Shown here: positions 50,390 through 61,351 of the stretch, in pieces | How the letters are laid out: every line of letters starts with the position of its first letter | Position numbering within the stretch: position 1 is the stretch's first letter | Source of the DNA: an uncultured Actinomycetota bacterium | GTDB taxonomy: Bacteria > Actinomycetota > Acidimicrobiia > Spongiisociales > UBA4744 | DNA: 64,000 nucleotides | Assembly (NCBI GenBank): GCA_963715305.1 | Contig: CAVQSB010000019.1 | Span: 19,072-83,071 of the forward strand | Reading direction: 5' to 3' | Translations under genes and position numbers: made by a program | The notes under the pieces: generated by a model | Told to the model about the DNA's origin: nothing | What the model saw: only the letters and a program-made list of their open reading frames with translations | Databases searched by the model: none

Positions 50390-51389
50390 AGGGCGTACTG
50401 CTGCCAGCGCCAGGTGTCGGCGCACATCTCGTCGATGGTCCGCCCGGCTCGCCACCCCAGCTCTCGTTCCGCTTTCGAAACATCGGCCCAGGTCTCGGCC
50501 ACGTCGCCCGTCCGCCGGTCGACCAACCGGTACGGGATGTCCTGGCCGGTTGTCTCGCTGAAAGCGGCGATGACTTCGAGGACGCTGGTGCCGTGCCCGG
50601 TGCCGAGGTTCCAGATGTGAAGGCCCGGTTCGGTTGCCAGCCGGTTGAGGGCGGCCAGATGGCCAACGGCGAGGTCGACCACGTGGATGTAGTCGCGCAC
50701 ACCCGAGCCGTCCCGGGTCGGGTAGTCGGTTCCGTAGACCTTGACTTCGGGAAGTTTCCCGGCGGCCACCTGCGCAACGATGGGCATCAGGTTGTTGGGG
50801 ATGTCGTTGGGATCCTCCCCGATCAGGCCGCTCTGCGTGGGCCCCGACCGGGTTGAAGTAGCGGAGCAGGGCAACGTTCCAGCGCGGGTCCGAGATGTGC
50901 AGGTCGGTGAGGATCTGTTCGATGACCTGCTTGGTTCCCGCCGTAGGGATTGGTGGCCGGTTTGGTCGGCATGTCTTCGGTGACCGGGACCACATCCGGA
51001 TCGCCGTACACCGTGGCCGAAGAGCTGAAGACGACGGTTCGCACGTCGTGGCGGTCGAGTACCCGGAACAGCGTGGTCGAGCCGCCCACGTTGGCGTCCC
51101 AGTAGTCGAGCGGGCGTTCCACGCTCACCCCGACCGCTTTCAACCCGGCGAAGTGGATGACCGCCTCGAACCCGCCCCCTCCCACGATGCGGTCCAAGGC
51201 CGCCTCGTCCCGGATGTCCGCCTCGTGGAATTCGAGTGCCCTGCCTGCGATCTGCGCGACCCGATCGAGGACCGACCGTTTCGAGTTGACGAGATTGTCG
51301 ACGATCACGACATCGTGACCGGCCTCGATCAGCTCGACGACGGTGTGGCTGCCGATGAACCCGGTTCCCCCGGTGACCAGAACTCGCAT
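50390..51389 (-). pseudogene. galE: UDP-glucose 4-epimerase GalE, 2 frame changes (about 50990, 50860)
   Basis: MRVLVTGGTGFIGSHTVVELIEAGHDVVIVDNL in ORF 50823..51485. GTKQVIEQILTDLHISDPRWNVALLRYFNPVGAH in ORF 50267..50995. The C-terminal part (IHVVDLAVGHLAAL...LGTGHGTSVLEVI) is in the 50374.. frame. Confidence 0.7.
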
Positions 51390-51439
51390 GCGGCGAGAGG
51401 ATACGGCATCGGGAGAGCGGCCGCCGGTAGGCGTATCGC

Positions 51440-52220
51440 TCTCCGGCCAACCGGTGAAAGGCGATCGCCGCGGCGTGGCCGACATTCAGCGAATCGAAGC
51501 CGGCCGCAATCGGAATCCTCACCAGCCGGTCGGCCTGCGCCAGCGTGGCCGGACGCAGGCCGGCGCCTTCCGCACCCAGCAGCAAGGCTCGACGGGATTC
51601 CTCGTCGACCGGGAGATCGTTGATGGAGACCGCCTCACGATCCGGGGTGAGCGCCACGAGTTCAAACCCGGCCCGGCGCACGACTTCGAGATCTTCTGGC
51701 CAGCCGGCCAGCCGCAGGAAGGGAAGCTGGAACACCGCCCCCATCGATACCCGCACGGTCCGGCGGTAGTACGGATCGGCACAGGTCGGGTCGAGCAAGA
51801 CCGCGTCGACACCAAGCGCCCGGGCGCTCCGGAAGATGGCTCCGAGGTTCTCCGAATCGTTGAGGCCTTCCAGAACGACCAGCGTCCTGGCCGTCTTCAC
51901 GACGTCGTCCAGGGCCGGCTCGGGCAGCCGCTCCGCCGCCGCAACCACCCCGCGATGCAGTTTGAACCCGGCCACCTGGTTCATGACGGCCGGCCCGACG
52001 ACGAAGACCGGGACGTCGAGGGGCGCCAGGTCATCGGCGAGTTGCGGGTAGCGGGCCGGGGTGATGAGCACACTGCGAACCGGGTGGGAACCGGCCAGCA
52101 ATCGCCTGACCACCTCGAGACTCTCGGCAATGAAGTAGCCGCCCGCCCGTCGCAGCTCCGCATCGGTCAGGTGGAGGTAGTCGCCAACGCGCGGATCGGC
52201 CGGGTCGTGGATCTCGATCA
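51440..52220 (-). CDS. TrmH/SpoU-family RNA 2'-O-methyltransferase (stop not found in frame; the ORF runs on into the galE region)
   Basis: MIEIHDPADPRVGDYLHLTD N-terminal pattern and the SpoU motifs LVVLEGLNDSENLGAIFRSARALG and LLLGAEGAGL...LVRIPI...DSLNVGHAAAIAFH. Confidence 0.6.
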
Positions 52221-52324
52221 TGGTGGCCACGTCATCATCATGCCAGCAGGCTCCTAAGATTCCCGGCTCTCCCCAGGAACCCTCCATAACCACCGACGCT
52301 CCAACATCAACCAGCAACCGGCTC

Positions 52325-53170
52325 ATGATTGTTCTGGCGCAGCTGGCGGTCTACGTGATCTGGGGCTCCACCTACCTCGCCCTCCGCTACATGGTCGAGG
52401 GCTTTCCACCCTTCCTCGGTAACGCCATCCGGATGCTGATGGCCGGGGCCATCCTGTATGTGTGGCTGCATGTCCGGGGGAAGGCCGCCCCCACGATGCG
52501 CCAGTGGCGGAACGGGTTCTTCGTCGGTTCGCTGCTCTTTGTTGGCGGACTCGGGTTGGTCACCACGGCGGAAGGGATGGGGGTCGGGTCGGGGCTGGCC
52601 GCCACGGCCGTCGGTATGACCCCGGTCTGGGCGGCCGTCGTCTCCGGCTTCTTCGACAGGTGGCCGACCAGGATCGAATGGGTCGGTCTGATCATCGGCA
52701 TCGTCGGGGTGGTGATCCTGTCACAGGAGGGCGACTTCGATGCCCTGCCCCTCGGGCTCTTCCTCCTGATCCTGGCCCCGCTGCTGTGGGCCATTGCTTC
52801 GGTGTGGTCCAACCACATCAATCTGCCGACCGGTTCGATGTCGACCGCGGTGCAGATGCTGGGTGGTGGTCTGGCCCTTGTGCCTGGCCGGCGCAGTGGC
52901 CGGTGAAAGCATCACGGCCGCCCCCAGCGCGAGAGCCTGGTGGGCCCTCGTCTACCTGATCGGGCCAGGATCACTGATCGCTTTCAGTGCCTATGCCTAC
53001 CTGTTGCGGACGGTGCGCCCGGTGCTGGCCACCAGCTACGCCTACGTCAACCCGGTGGTAGCGGTGGCGCTGGGCGTGACGCTTGGGCAAGGAAACGCTC
53101 ACCGGCGAAACCTGGATCGCCCTCCCGCTCATCCTGGGAGCGGTAGCGCTGATCGCCCGCGGCCGCAGCT
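52325..53170 (+). pseudogene. EamA/DMT-family transporter, 2 frame changes (about 52870, 53095)
   Basis: MIVLAQLAVYVIWGSTYLALRYMV... in the first EamA domain. The second EamA domain (ALVYLIGPGSLIAFSAYAYLL...SYAYVNPVVAVALGV) is in ORF 52794.. and the C-terminus in a third frame. Confidence 0.55.
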
Positions 53171-53604
53171 GACCTGCCAGATTCTACCTTCACAAATGCC
53201 GCGGATTGCGGTAAAGTACCCACTACCAGTGGTGGCTTGGGAGGCCCGACTGAGAGCGAGCCCGCCTGATGCAGACTGCCCTGGACTCCAACCACGACCT
53301 CACCGGTTCGGCTTCTGCCATCGCCCTCCAGCGCGACCTCGGCTTGCAGATGCGTCTCTTCCCCCGTCACTCCACCGAGGGTGATCAGACCGAAGTCGAC
53401 CTCCGGGTCGCCGACGACCTGGCCGGGATGTACTACATCGGCTAGTGGTCTGTCGTTGAAATGGTGCCGCGGTGTCGGCGAGCCATTCGGCTTCCTGGCA
53501 AGGACGCAGGACGACGGCGCACCCGGTGCGGTGCGTCGAGGACGAGGACGCAGCCAGGGGCGGCGAGGGCCGTCGAGACTGTCAGCCATTTCTGCGACGG
53601 GCCG

Positions 53605-54876
53605 CTAGGCGGTCGTCTCGCCGTTCTGGGACTCGACCAGCAAACCGGACACAATCACCACCTGCGCAAACAACGCAGCCGCCCCGGCCAGCGACAGGCC
53701 GACCGTCTTGGAAATTGTGAACGCGACGGGTAGCAGGGCACCCAGTACCCAGAGCAGCTGAAAGATGGTTTCTGCCCTGGTGAAGGCCGCCCCTCGTTGT
53801 TCGCGGGTGGCGCTTTTCTGCAGCAGCGCGTCGAATCCGAACTTGGCGGTGCCCCAGGCCAGCCCGGCCGAAGCCGCCAGTACGACTGCCGCCGTCAACC
53901 CGAAGATCTGCGCGGTGATGAAAGCCGCCGCCGCTTCGATGGCCAGCGCCGCCATGACCGTCGGCTCCTCGCGCAGACGCCGGGCGAGGAACGGGGACAC
54001 GTAGGACGCCACGCCGTAGCCCAATCCGGCCGCCACCAGCAACGCGCCGAAATCGGCCAGGGGTGCGTCGATGTCCTTGAACACAAACGCCAGCAACGCC
54101 AGGAGGAACCCGTTGATGAATCGCACGACTCCCGTGGCGATCATCGGGAGCCTGGTCACCCGCGGCACCGGACGACGCCGGTACCGTCTCGAAACTTGTT
54201 GGTCCGGCACATCCGGGGACGGCACCTGTCCGGCGCACAGGGCCGCCAGGACGAAGAACATCGCGGCTACTACCAGGGCGGGCCAGGACCCGATCCAGCG
54301 CACCGAGGCAGCTCCGATCGGGATGGCCACCGCTCCGCCGACAATGCCGACCCTGGCCAGCAACCCGTTGGCGGCCACCAGCGCTTCCGGTCCGGGTACC
54401 GCCACCGGGACCAGCGAACCTTTGGCGATGGTGTGGAGCCTCGAGAAGACGAGCAGGGTGAACGCCAGCGGGTACAGCCAGAAGGTATTGACCCCGACGG
54501 CCAGGAGCAGGGCAATGGCGGCCCGACCGGCGGAGCTGCCCGCCAGGCTGGCACGGTACGAACCCGGAAAGCGAGCAAAATACCGGGGCAGCAACGGGGC
54601 GATGACCGAAAACGGAGCGAGGGTCAACAGGAGATACAGGGCAACTTTGTCCCGGGCCTCGGCGCTCGGCACCGCAAAGAACAATGTGCCGGCCAGCCCC
54701 AAAGCGATGAGCGTGTCCCCGGCGACGCTGGCCCCGAACTCGGCGGACAGCCACCGGAACGGCGTCCCGTATCCGGCAAAGATCCGCTCGTAGACCCGCC
54801 GGGGCGCCCTGAGAGCCCCCCGGTACGTGCGCTCCGAGAGGTCCTTCACCTTCCCCACGGCCCCCTCGGTCTTCAT
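53605..54876 (-). CDS. MFS-type transporter
   Basis: 423 aa with about 12 TM segments. Intact. Confidence 0.55.
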   Translation of the reverse strand: MKTEGAVGKVKDLSERTYRGALRAPRRVYERIFAGYGTPFRWLSAEFGASVAGDTLIALGLAGTLFFAVPSAEARDKVALYLLLTLAPFSVIAPLLPRYFARFPGSYRASLAGSSAGRAAIALLLAVGVNTFWLYPLAFTLLVFSRLHTIAKGSLVPVAVPGPEALVAANGLLARVGIVGGAVAIPIGAASVRWIGSWPALVVAAMFFVLAALCAGQVPSPDVPDQQVSRRYRRRPVPRVTRLPMIATGVVRFINGFLLALLAFVFKDIDAPLADFGALLVAAGLGYGVASYVSPFLARRLREEPTVMAALAIEAAAAFITAQIFGLTAAVVLAASAGLAWGTAKFGFDALLQKSATREQRGAAFTRAETIFQLLWVLGALLPVAFTISKTVGLSLAGAAALFAQVVIVSGLLVESQNGETTA

Positions 54877-54886
54877 ATCGTGGAGA

Positions 54887-55369
54887 TTACCGAGCGGTGC
54901 AACCCGGTTCGTTGATTACCCGGTTTAGGTCACAAACGACTTGTAGACGGCCCAGGTTGGATCGGTCTTGGCGATCACGTGGACCTGGTGGGTGGTCACG
55001 GAAGCCTGCATCGCCTCGTGAAAGGCCTCCGAGCCACGCACTCGAATGGCTGTACAGCACGAACTCCCGCATCCCGCCGGTCGTGATCACTCCGGCCAGA
55101 ACGCTCCGCTTGTCGGCCTTCCGCAGGACCGTCGCCTCGATCTTCCCGAGCTGTTCATCTTCGTCGGGCGTCGGGAACCCTTCCGGAGTGGGATCGTTCA
55201 GGTGGATCGCCACCCCAACCTGTATCGAGTACCGCCCAATCAGCTGCTCGGCACTGGTATCAAACCGGGCAATCAGCGGCTTCTCGTCATACGTCCCGGA
55301 AACAATCATCCAAGACCCCTCGAACGTCACCTCCCGATGCGCCCTTCTCCGAAAAAAGGCCATACCCAA
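54887..55369 (-). CDS. DUF695-like protein (C-terminal part possibly frame-changed)
   Basis: KPLIARFDTSAEQLIGRYSIQVGVAIHLNDPTPEGFPTPDEDEQLGKIE resembles DUF695 N-terminal signatures (from memory). Confidence 0.35.
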   Translation of the reverse strand: MGMAFFRRRAHREVTFEGSWMIVSGTYDEKPLIARFDTSAEQLIGRYSIQVGVAIHLNDPTPEGFPTPDEDEQLGKIEATVLRKADKRSVLAGVITTGGMREFVLYSHSSAWLGGLSRGDAGFRDHPPGPRDRQDRSNLGRLQVVCDLNRVINEPGCTAR

Positions 55370-55379
55370 AGGATAAACG

Positions 55380-56365
55380 GTCGAGCCTCAGCCTCTCCCG
55401 CCGGGCATCCTGCCTCCCCTGCTTGCGGGGGAGGCGCGACGCCGCCAAAGGCGGCGGCGCGGAGGGGGAGGAGCGAAGCGAGCAGGCGTGGCAGCCACCA
55501 CGCGACAGAGCCCTTCCACCCTCCTCCTAACCCCCCTCCCGCCAGCAGGAGGGGGAAAGGAAAAGCCCCCCATTCTTGCCTCGCCCGCTGGCGGGAGAGG
55601 CGCGGCGCCGCCAAAGGCGGCGACGCGGAGAGGGTGGAGCGAAGCGACAGGGAGGAAGCCACCGCCACGAGCAAAGCGAGCGAAGAGGCCGGGCCCAACC
55701 GCGCCAGCAGACCGATCAAGGGTCTTGAACCCGGCCGGGTCCTGCGATACGACAGTCACCATGGCAACCGACCGAGACCCCTGGCTGATCGTCCGGGCGA
55801 AGCAACTGCGCACCAACCAAACCAGTGCCGAGACCGTCTTGTGACATCAGGTGCGAGCCCGGCGCTTGGCCGGGTTTCGCTTCCGGCGGCAACACCCGAT
55901 CGGTCGCGTACGTGGTCGATTTCGTCTGCCTCGAAGCCCGCCTGGTGATCGAGGTGGACGGCCCCACCCACGAAGACCCGCAGCCGGGACGAACGACGAG
56001 ACCAGAACCTCGCCTCCCGTGGCTACGCGACCCTCCGCTTCTGGAACGAAGACGTCTACGACAACCTCGACGGAGTCATCGAAACCATCCTCAACACCCT
56101 CGTTCCACCCTCCCCCTAACCCCCTCCCGCCAGCAGGAGGGGGAAAGCAACGCACCCCGTCCCAGCCTTTCCCGCAGCCATTCTTGCCTCTCCTGCTCGC
56201 GGGGGAGGCGCGCGGCACCACCGGCGGCGGCGCGGAGGGGGAGGAGCGAAGCGAGAGGCGCGTAGCCGCCGAAGGCGGCGAAGCGGAGAGGGTGGCAGCG
56301 ACCACGGGACAGGGCCCTTCCACCCTCCCCCTAACCCCCTCCCGCCAGCAGGAGGGGGAAAAAGA
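55380..56365. repeat. GC-rich palindromic repeat cluster: three copies of ccttccaccctcc(t/c)cctaacccc(c)ctcccgccagcaggagggggaaa (about 55511-55560, 56098-56147, 56316-56365) plus two to three copies of a gcgggggaggcgcg.cgccgccaaaggcggcggcgcggagggggaggagcgaagcgag module, flanking a coding remnant
   Basis: Direct visual repeat detection. Each unit holds hairpins (ccccctcc-N8-ggaggggg; cgccgcc-aaa-ggcggcg). Spacing is irregular, so it is not CRISPR-like. Confidence 0.6.
55752..56120 (+). pseudogene. DUF559 (Vsr-like PD-(D/E)XK endonuclease-domain) gene with a TGG-to-TGA nonsense codon in the conserved LW motif and 2 frameshifts
   Basis: MATDRDPWLIVRAKQLRTNQTSAETVL-TGA-HQVRARRLAGFRFRRQHPIGR | YVVDFVCLEARLVIEVDGPTHEDPQ | RDQNLASRGYATLRFWNEDVYDNLDGVIETILNTLVPPSP-stop. 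This matches the DUF559 consensus aErlLWrhLR...FRRQhpig.yivDF.c...rLviEvDG...D..L...G..vlRf.n.dv (from memory). The stop codon lies inside a repeat unit. Confidence 0.55.
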
Positions 56366-56368
56366 CGC

Positions 56369-57904
56369 TCAACCGCCTTGCGCCTCGAACATCGCCCGTA
56401 GCGTGTCGACCGTGTCGGCCTCTTCGGCGGTCTTGTCGTCCCGGTACCCCTTGACCCGGGCGAAGCGGAGCGCCATGCCGCCCGGGTAGCGGGACGAGGC
56501 CTGGATACCGTCGAAGGCGATCTCCACCACCTGCTCGGGTCGCACGAAGACCACGTGCCCTTCCCGGTGGGTCTCCAGTTCCAGGAACCGCTCCGTCTGC
56601 CACTCGAGCACCTTGTCGGTCAGGCCCTTGAAGGTCTTGCCGAGCATCACGAACCCCCCGGTGGCAGGATCACGGGCCCCGAGGTGGAGGTTGCTCAACC
56701 AGCCCCGGCGTCGCCCGCTCCCCCACTCGACGGCCAGCACCACCAGGTCGAGGGTGTGGACGGGTTTCACCTTCAGCCATCCCGATCCCCGCCGGCCCGC
56801 CTCGTAGGGGGCGGTGAGGCTCTTGACCATCACCCCTTCGTGACCGTGCTGCCAGGGCTTCCCGGAAGAAGGCCTCGCCGGTCCCGGCATCGTCGACGAC
56901 CAGGCGCGGCACTCGCATCGACGGCGGGCACGGCCTGTCTCCAATGCGATCACCCGTTCGGTGGCGGGAAGGTCGATCAGGTCGGCACCGTCCAGGTGCA
57001 GACAATCGAAGAAGAACGGGCTCAGCGGGAGCCCGGCGGCCATCTCGGCCGGGTTCACCTTGGTCCCGAACCGGCTCATCGTCACCTGGAACGGGTGGGG
57101 TCGTCCGTCCTCTCGCAGGGCGATCACCTCGCCGTCCAGCACGATCGAGTCCACCGCGAGGTTCTCCAACTCGGCCACCACCTCGGGAAGACGATCGGTG
57201 ATGTCGGCCAGGTTGCGGGTGAAGATCCGTACCACACTCCCGTGCCGGTGCGCCTGGATGCGGGCCCCGTCGATCTTCCACTCGACGGCCGCCGGCGAGA
57301 ACGACTCCAATGCGGCCGTGACGCTTTCCGCCGTTTGCGCCAGCATGGGGAGCAGGGGCCGCAGCACCTCCAGACCGACTGCCTCAAGCGCGGCACTGCC
57401 TCCGGTCAGGGCGCGGTGCGCGACCACCCGCAGATCACCGCGGAACAACGCGGCCCGGCGCACCAGGGCGGATGGGACACCCGCTGCCCGGGCAATCGCC
57501 TCGACCATGATGCCTTCCGAGGCGCCTTGCCGGAGGTCCCCGAGGATGAGCCGAACGAGGAACTGCTGTTCGGACTCTGAAACCGCTCCGAACAGCTCGT
57601 CGAGCAGGCGGCGCCGCTCAGCTTGCGAGCCGGGCCCGGCGGTAGAACCGATCTCCGTGAGGAGCCGATCGGCGGCCAGGAGCGACAGGTCCCCCTCCGC
57701 AACCGGTGGGGCCAGTTCCCGCAGCGACGCGTACCCGACGCCGATGGTGCCCTGACGGAGCACACCGGTCAGGAAGCCGACCCCAACTTCGATCTCATCG
57801 TGGTCGAGCTTGCCGAGCAAACCTGCCAGCAGTTCGATCTTGGCCAGGCGCTTGGAGGTTGCGGCGACCTGTTCTGAGGTGATGACGACTTCTCGGAGGA
57901 GCAC
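56369..57904 (-). CDS. ATP-dependent DNA ligase (bacterial LigB/LigC-type)
   Basis: 511-aa intact ORF. KxDG adenylation motif (EWKIDGARIQAH), then OB domain and conserved C-terminal motifs. Confidence 0.8.
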   Translation of the reverse strand: MLLREVVITSEQVAATSKRLAKIELLAGLLGKLDHDEIEVGVGFLTGVLRQGTIGVGYASLRELAPPVAEGDLSLLAADRLLTEIGSTAGPGSQAERRRLLDELFGAVSESEQQFLVRLILGDLRQGASEGIMVEAIARAAGVPSALVRRAALFRGDLRVVAHRALTGGSAALEAVGLEVLRPLLPMLAQTAESVTAALESFSPAAVEWKIDGARIQAHRHGSVVRIFTRNLADITDRLPEVVAELENLAVDSIVLDGEVIALREDGRPHPFQVTMSRFGTKVNPAEMAAGLPLSPFFFDCLHLDGADLIDLPATERVIALETGRARRRCECRAWSSTMPGPARPSSGKPWQHGHEGVMVKSLTAPYEAGRRGSGWLKVKPVHTLDLVVLAVEWGSGRRRGWLSNLHLGARDPATGGFVMLGKTFKGLTDKVLEWQTERFLELETHREGHVVFVRPEQVVEIAFDGIQASSRYPGGMALRFARVKGYRDDKTAEEADTVDTLRAMFEAQGG

Positions 57905-57942
57905 GGTTGGATCTTGCCCGAATCAGGCGGGTCGAGTGTCGA

Positions 57943-58176
57943 TTACTTCTTGGCGGCGCGGACGACCCCGATGAAGCCGCCGCCGAAGCCGCCGGTGAGC
58001 AGCGACGGCCAGACCGAGATGGCCACGGCCTCACCAAGACCCACGTCGAGCATCAACCACACGGCGAGCGTGATCAGCACAAACGCAACCGGGATTCCGA
58101 TCGCGGCACCCAGGGCCACGCTGCGGCCGAACGTACTGTCATCGGTGCTTGGTTCGGTTGACACTTCTGCCGACAT
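57943..58176 (-). CDS. Small 2-TM membrane protein
   Basis: 77 aa, two hydrophobic helices, ends GGFGGGFIGVVRAAKK. Confidence 0.3.
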   Translation of the reverse strand: MSAEVSTEPSTDDSTFGRSVALGAAIGIPVAFVLITLAVWLMLDVGLGEAVAISVWPSLLTGGFGGGFIGVVRAAKK

Positions 58177-58179
58177 GTC

Positions 58180-58816
58180 TCACTTCTCCGTGGTGGAACC
58201 ATCCATTATGGGTCTATTTCGGGCCGGCGCGTCGCCCTCGACCGGTTCGGGTTTGATGCCGAGCGCCTCCAGGACCGGCATGAGCGCTTCGATCGGCAGG
58301 CCGGCCACGTTGCTCCGGGAGCCGTCGACGGCGGTGATGAACCGGCTCGCTTCTCCCTGGATTCCGTAGCCGCCGGCCTTGTCGAGCGGTTCGCCGGTGG
58401 CGCTGTAGGCGGCCGCTTCCGCCTCCGTTATCGGTCTCATCGTCACCCGGGATTCCTCGATCCCGGTGTGTTCGCTTCCCCGGCCAACCAGGGCGTATCC
58501 CGAATAGACCAGGTGGGTGCGCTCGGACAGCAGCAACAGCATCTCGACGGCCCCGGCTTCATCGGCCGGTTTGCCGAGGATCCGATCATCGACGGCGACG
58601 ACGGTATCGACGCCCAGCACCACCCGGTCCCGGCCGACCCGGCCCGCCACCTCCCGCGCTTTCTCCATGGCCAGGCGGACCGCCATCTGCCGGGGACCTT
58701 CCCCCGCCTGTTCGATCTCCTCGATGTCGGACGGGATGACCTCCAGGGCATACCCGGCGCCGGTCAGCATCTGGTCGCCGGCGGGGCGATCCGCTGGCCA
58801 GAACGAGGGTCGGGGT
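58180..58816 (-). pseudogene. maf: Maf-like nucleoside triphosphate pyrophosphatase, frame change right after the N-terminal SGSPRRR motif (about 58765)
   Basis: MTPTLVLASGSPRRR in ORF 58586..58903, then LLTGAGYALEVIPSDIEE...VVLGVDTVVAVDDRILGKP...GYGIQ in ORF 58180..58770. Confidence 0.6.
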
Positions 58817-58901
58817 CATAGTCACCGGGACATTATGGCGTTGGGTCACTACGATTCCGCCGCCGGGAAACCGGATCCAGGGACATCGAGAGGACATCAG
58901 C

Positions 58902-59792
58902 ATGAAATGGCGCGGACGCCGTCAGAGTTCCAACGTCGACGATCGCCGGCGGCAGGGTGGTGGGAGTTCGATGGCCCGGATCCCCACCAGCGGCAAGATC
59001 GGGATACCGGCCATCCTGGCGATCCTGGCCGCCGTTTTCCTCGGCGGGAACCTGGGCGGGGGGAGCGGCCTGGACGACATCCTCGGGCAGTTGAACGGCG
59101 TCCAGCCGCAGGCTCCCGTCCAGAACGATCCTGCGCTCGAGGACGCCCCCGACCCCGACGCCGACCTGGCCGCCTTCATGGGGGTCGTGCTGGCTTCGAC
59201 CGAGGACCTCTGGGCCAATATCTTCGGAAACGCCGAACGGCAGTACCGTCCCGCTCCCCTCGTGATGTTCTCCGGATCGACCCAGTCCGCCTGTGGCGGC
59301 GCCAACTCGCAAATCGGACCGCACTACTGCCCGGTCGACCAGACCATCTACATCGATCTCGACTTCTTCAGGGAGATGGCTACCCGGTTCGATGCTCCCG
59401 GCGACTTCGCCCAGGCGTACGTGGTTGCCCACGAGGTCGGCCACCACGTCCAGAACCTGTTCGGGATCAGCGACGAGGTCCGCCAGTTGCAGCAGTCCCG
59501 TCCCAACGATGCCAATGAGCTTTCCATCCGGCTCGAGCTGCAGGCCGACTGCTTCGCCGGCGTGTGGGCGTACAGCGAGTTCACCCAGGACTTCCTCGAA
59601 CAGGGCGACTTCGAAGAGGCGCTCGGGGCCGCTTCGGCGGTCGGGGACGACCGCATCCAGGAAATGTCGACCGGGATGATCAATCCCGAGACCTGGACCC
59701 ACGGTTCGTCCGAACAACGGGTCGAGTGGTTTCGGGCCGGATATCAGTCGGGCGACCCGAACGTGTGCGACACATTCGGGAACGACTTCTGA
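58902..59792 (+). CDS. Putative neutral zinc metallopeptidase (YpfJ-family), membrane-anchored
   Basis: N-terminal TM (IGIPAILAILAAVFLGG), HEVGHHVQ zinc motif and conserved Cys pairs. 296 aa, intact. Confidence 0.6.
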   Translation: MKWRGRRQSSNVDDRRRQGGGSSMARIPTSGKIGIPAILAILAAVFLGGNLGGGSGLDDILGQLNGVQPQAPVQNDPALEDAPDPDADLAAFMGVVLASTEDLWANIFGNAERQYRPAPLVMFSGSTQSACGGANSQIGPHYCPVDQTIYIDLDFFREMATRFDAPGDFAQAYVVAHEVGHHVQNLFGISDEVRQLQQSRPNDANELSIRLELQADCFAGVWAYSEFTQDFLEQGDFEEALGAASAVGDDRIQEMSTGMINPETWTHGSSEQRVEWFRAGYQSGDPNVCDTFGNDF

Positions 59793-59867
59793 GAGTCCGA
59801 CATCAAACGCCTGTTAGCCCGGCAACTACGGTTGAATCTGAGACGTGACCAATTCGGAGAAAACCCG

Positions 59868-61315
59868 GTGAAGAAGCTGACCCTCATCCTGGCCATGGCC
59901 CTGCTGGCGAGCGCCTGTTCGTTGTTCGTCGTCGAAGACGGAAGCTCGGACTTCCCGAACACCACCGAAGCTTCCACCACGACCACCACCCTGGCGCCCA
60001 CCACCACCGTGCGTGGCCGGGCTGCCGGTCGAGCTGACCGACTGCAGCAACCCGCCGGAGGGTTTCGACGCCCTGTGCGACGCCTACCGCCTGCTGGAGG
60101 ACCACTACGTCGACCCCCTCGACGATGCCGCCCTGGCCGCCGGAGCCGCCCGGGGAATGGAAGAGTTCGAGTCGGAGACCCCCGGAACGGCCGTCACCGC
60201 GATGGGGTGTCCTGTGCGCTCCCGACCGCCGCCTTTGAGGACACCTGCACGGGTCTACGCCGAGGTCCAGGCGGAGACCCCCGCCCCGCCCGTCGATCTG
60301 GTCGAAGCGGCCGTCCGGGGCATGATCCAGTACGGCCTCGAGGATCCGCACACCGTGTACCTGTCGCCCGAGGCGCTGGTCAACGTCACCGCGGACATGT
60401 CCGGTGAAGTGTCTGGCATCGGGGCCCTGGTACGGGGCGAAGACCAGACCACCGAGGACGCCGAGAACTGTTCGGTCCTGTCGGACACCTGCATCCTCAC
60501 CATCGTCGACACCCTCGCCGACAGCCCCGCCAAGGCCGCCGGCGTGCAAGCCGGCGACGGCATCGTGACGGTGGACGGACAAGACGTCGACGGCCTCACG
60601 GTCGACGAGGTGGTCGCCATCGTGCGCGGCCCCGAGGGCACCGACGTGGCGCTCGGGCTGCTCCGGGACGGCCAGGTCATCGCGGTCGTGATCACCCGGG
60701 CCGCGGTGGTGGTGCCGGTGGTGGCCTCGGAGATGATCGAACCCGGCATCGGCTACGTGGCGCTCAGCCAGTTCACCAACAACAGCGCCGAACAGGTCCA
60801 CGAAGCCCTGGTGACCCTCATCGCCGACGGAGCCGACCGCCTCATCTTCGACCTGCGCAACGACCCGGGCGGGTCGCTGACCGCCTCGGTCCGGATCGCC
60901 AGCGAGTTCCTCGCCGACGGGATGGTGCTCCGTACGCAGTCGCCCGTCCGACACCCGCGAGTATTCGGTCGAGCCGGGCGGGGCTGCCACCGATCCGAAC
61001 CTCGAGATCGTGGTGCTGGTCAACCGGGGCAGCGCCTCGGCGTCCGAACTGGTTTCGGCGGTGCTGCAGGAGCGGGGCCGGGCCACCATTATCGGCGAAC
61101 CGACCTTCGGCAAGAACACCGTGCAGCAGCGGTTCGAGATGTCCAACGGCGGAGCCCTCAACGTCTCGATCGCCCGGTGGGTCACTCCGGAAGGCCGCGA
61201 CTCGGGGACGTTCGGAGTCCAACCGGACATCGAACCCGAAATCCCCGAAGACGCAACCACCGACGTGGTCCTCGAGTTCGCGGTTGAGTTTCTGCGGGGC
61301 GGAACCGCCACCTAG
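59868..61315 (+). pseudogene. S41 C-terminal processing peptidase (CtpA-like) lipoprotein with PDZ domain, at least 3 frame changes (about 60000, 60210, 60950)
   Basis: Lipobox VKKLTLILAMALLASACS. PDZ GIGALV...GDGIVTVDGQDV. S41 catalytic region LIFDLRNDPGGSL in ORF 60013... C-terminal RGSASASELVSAVLQERGRATIIGEPTFGK in ORF 61010..61315. Confidence 0.6.
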
Positions 61316-61351
61316 CGGGAACCTTCTCCTCCGGCCGCACGTCTGATCGGG

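Noticed and set aside
53266-53446. 58-aa ORF MQTALDSNHDLTGSASAIALQRDLGLQMRLFPRHSTEGDQTEVDLRVADDLAGMYYIG between the EamA and MFS genes
   Set aside because: Below the size threshold, no recognisable family and no convincing ribosome-binding site. Left uncalled.
55380-56365. Possible CRISPR array, because of repeated GC-rich palindromic units
   Set aside because: Units are long (about 50-150 nt), degenerate and of two kinds. Spacing is irregular. The main interval is a recognisable DUF559 coding remnant rather than short uniform spacers. No cas genes nearby.
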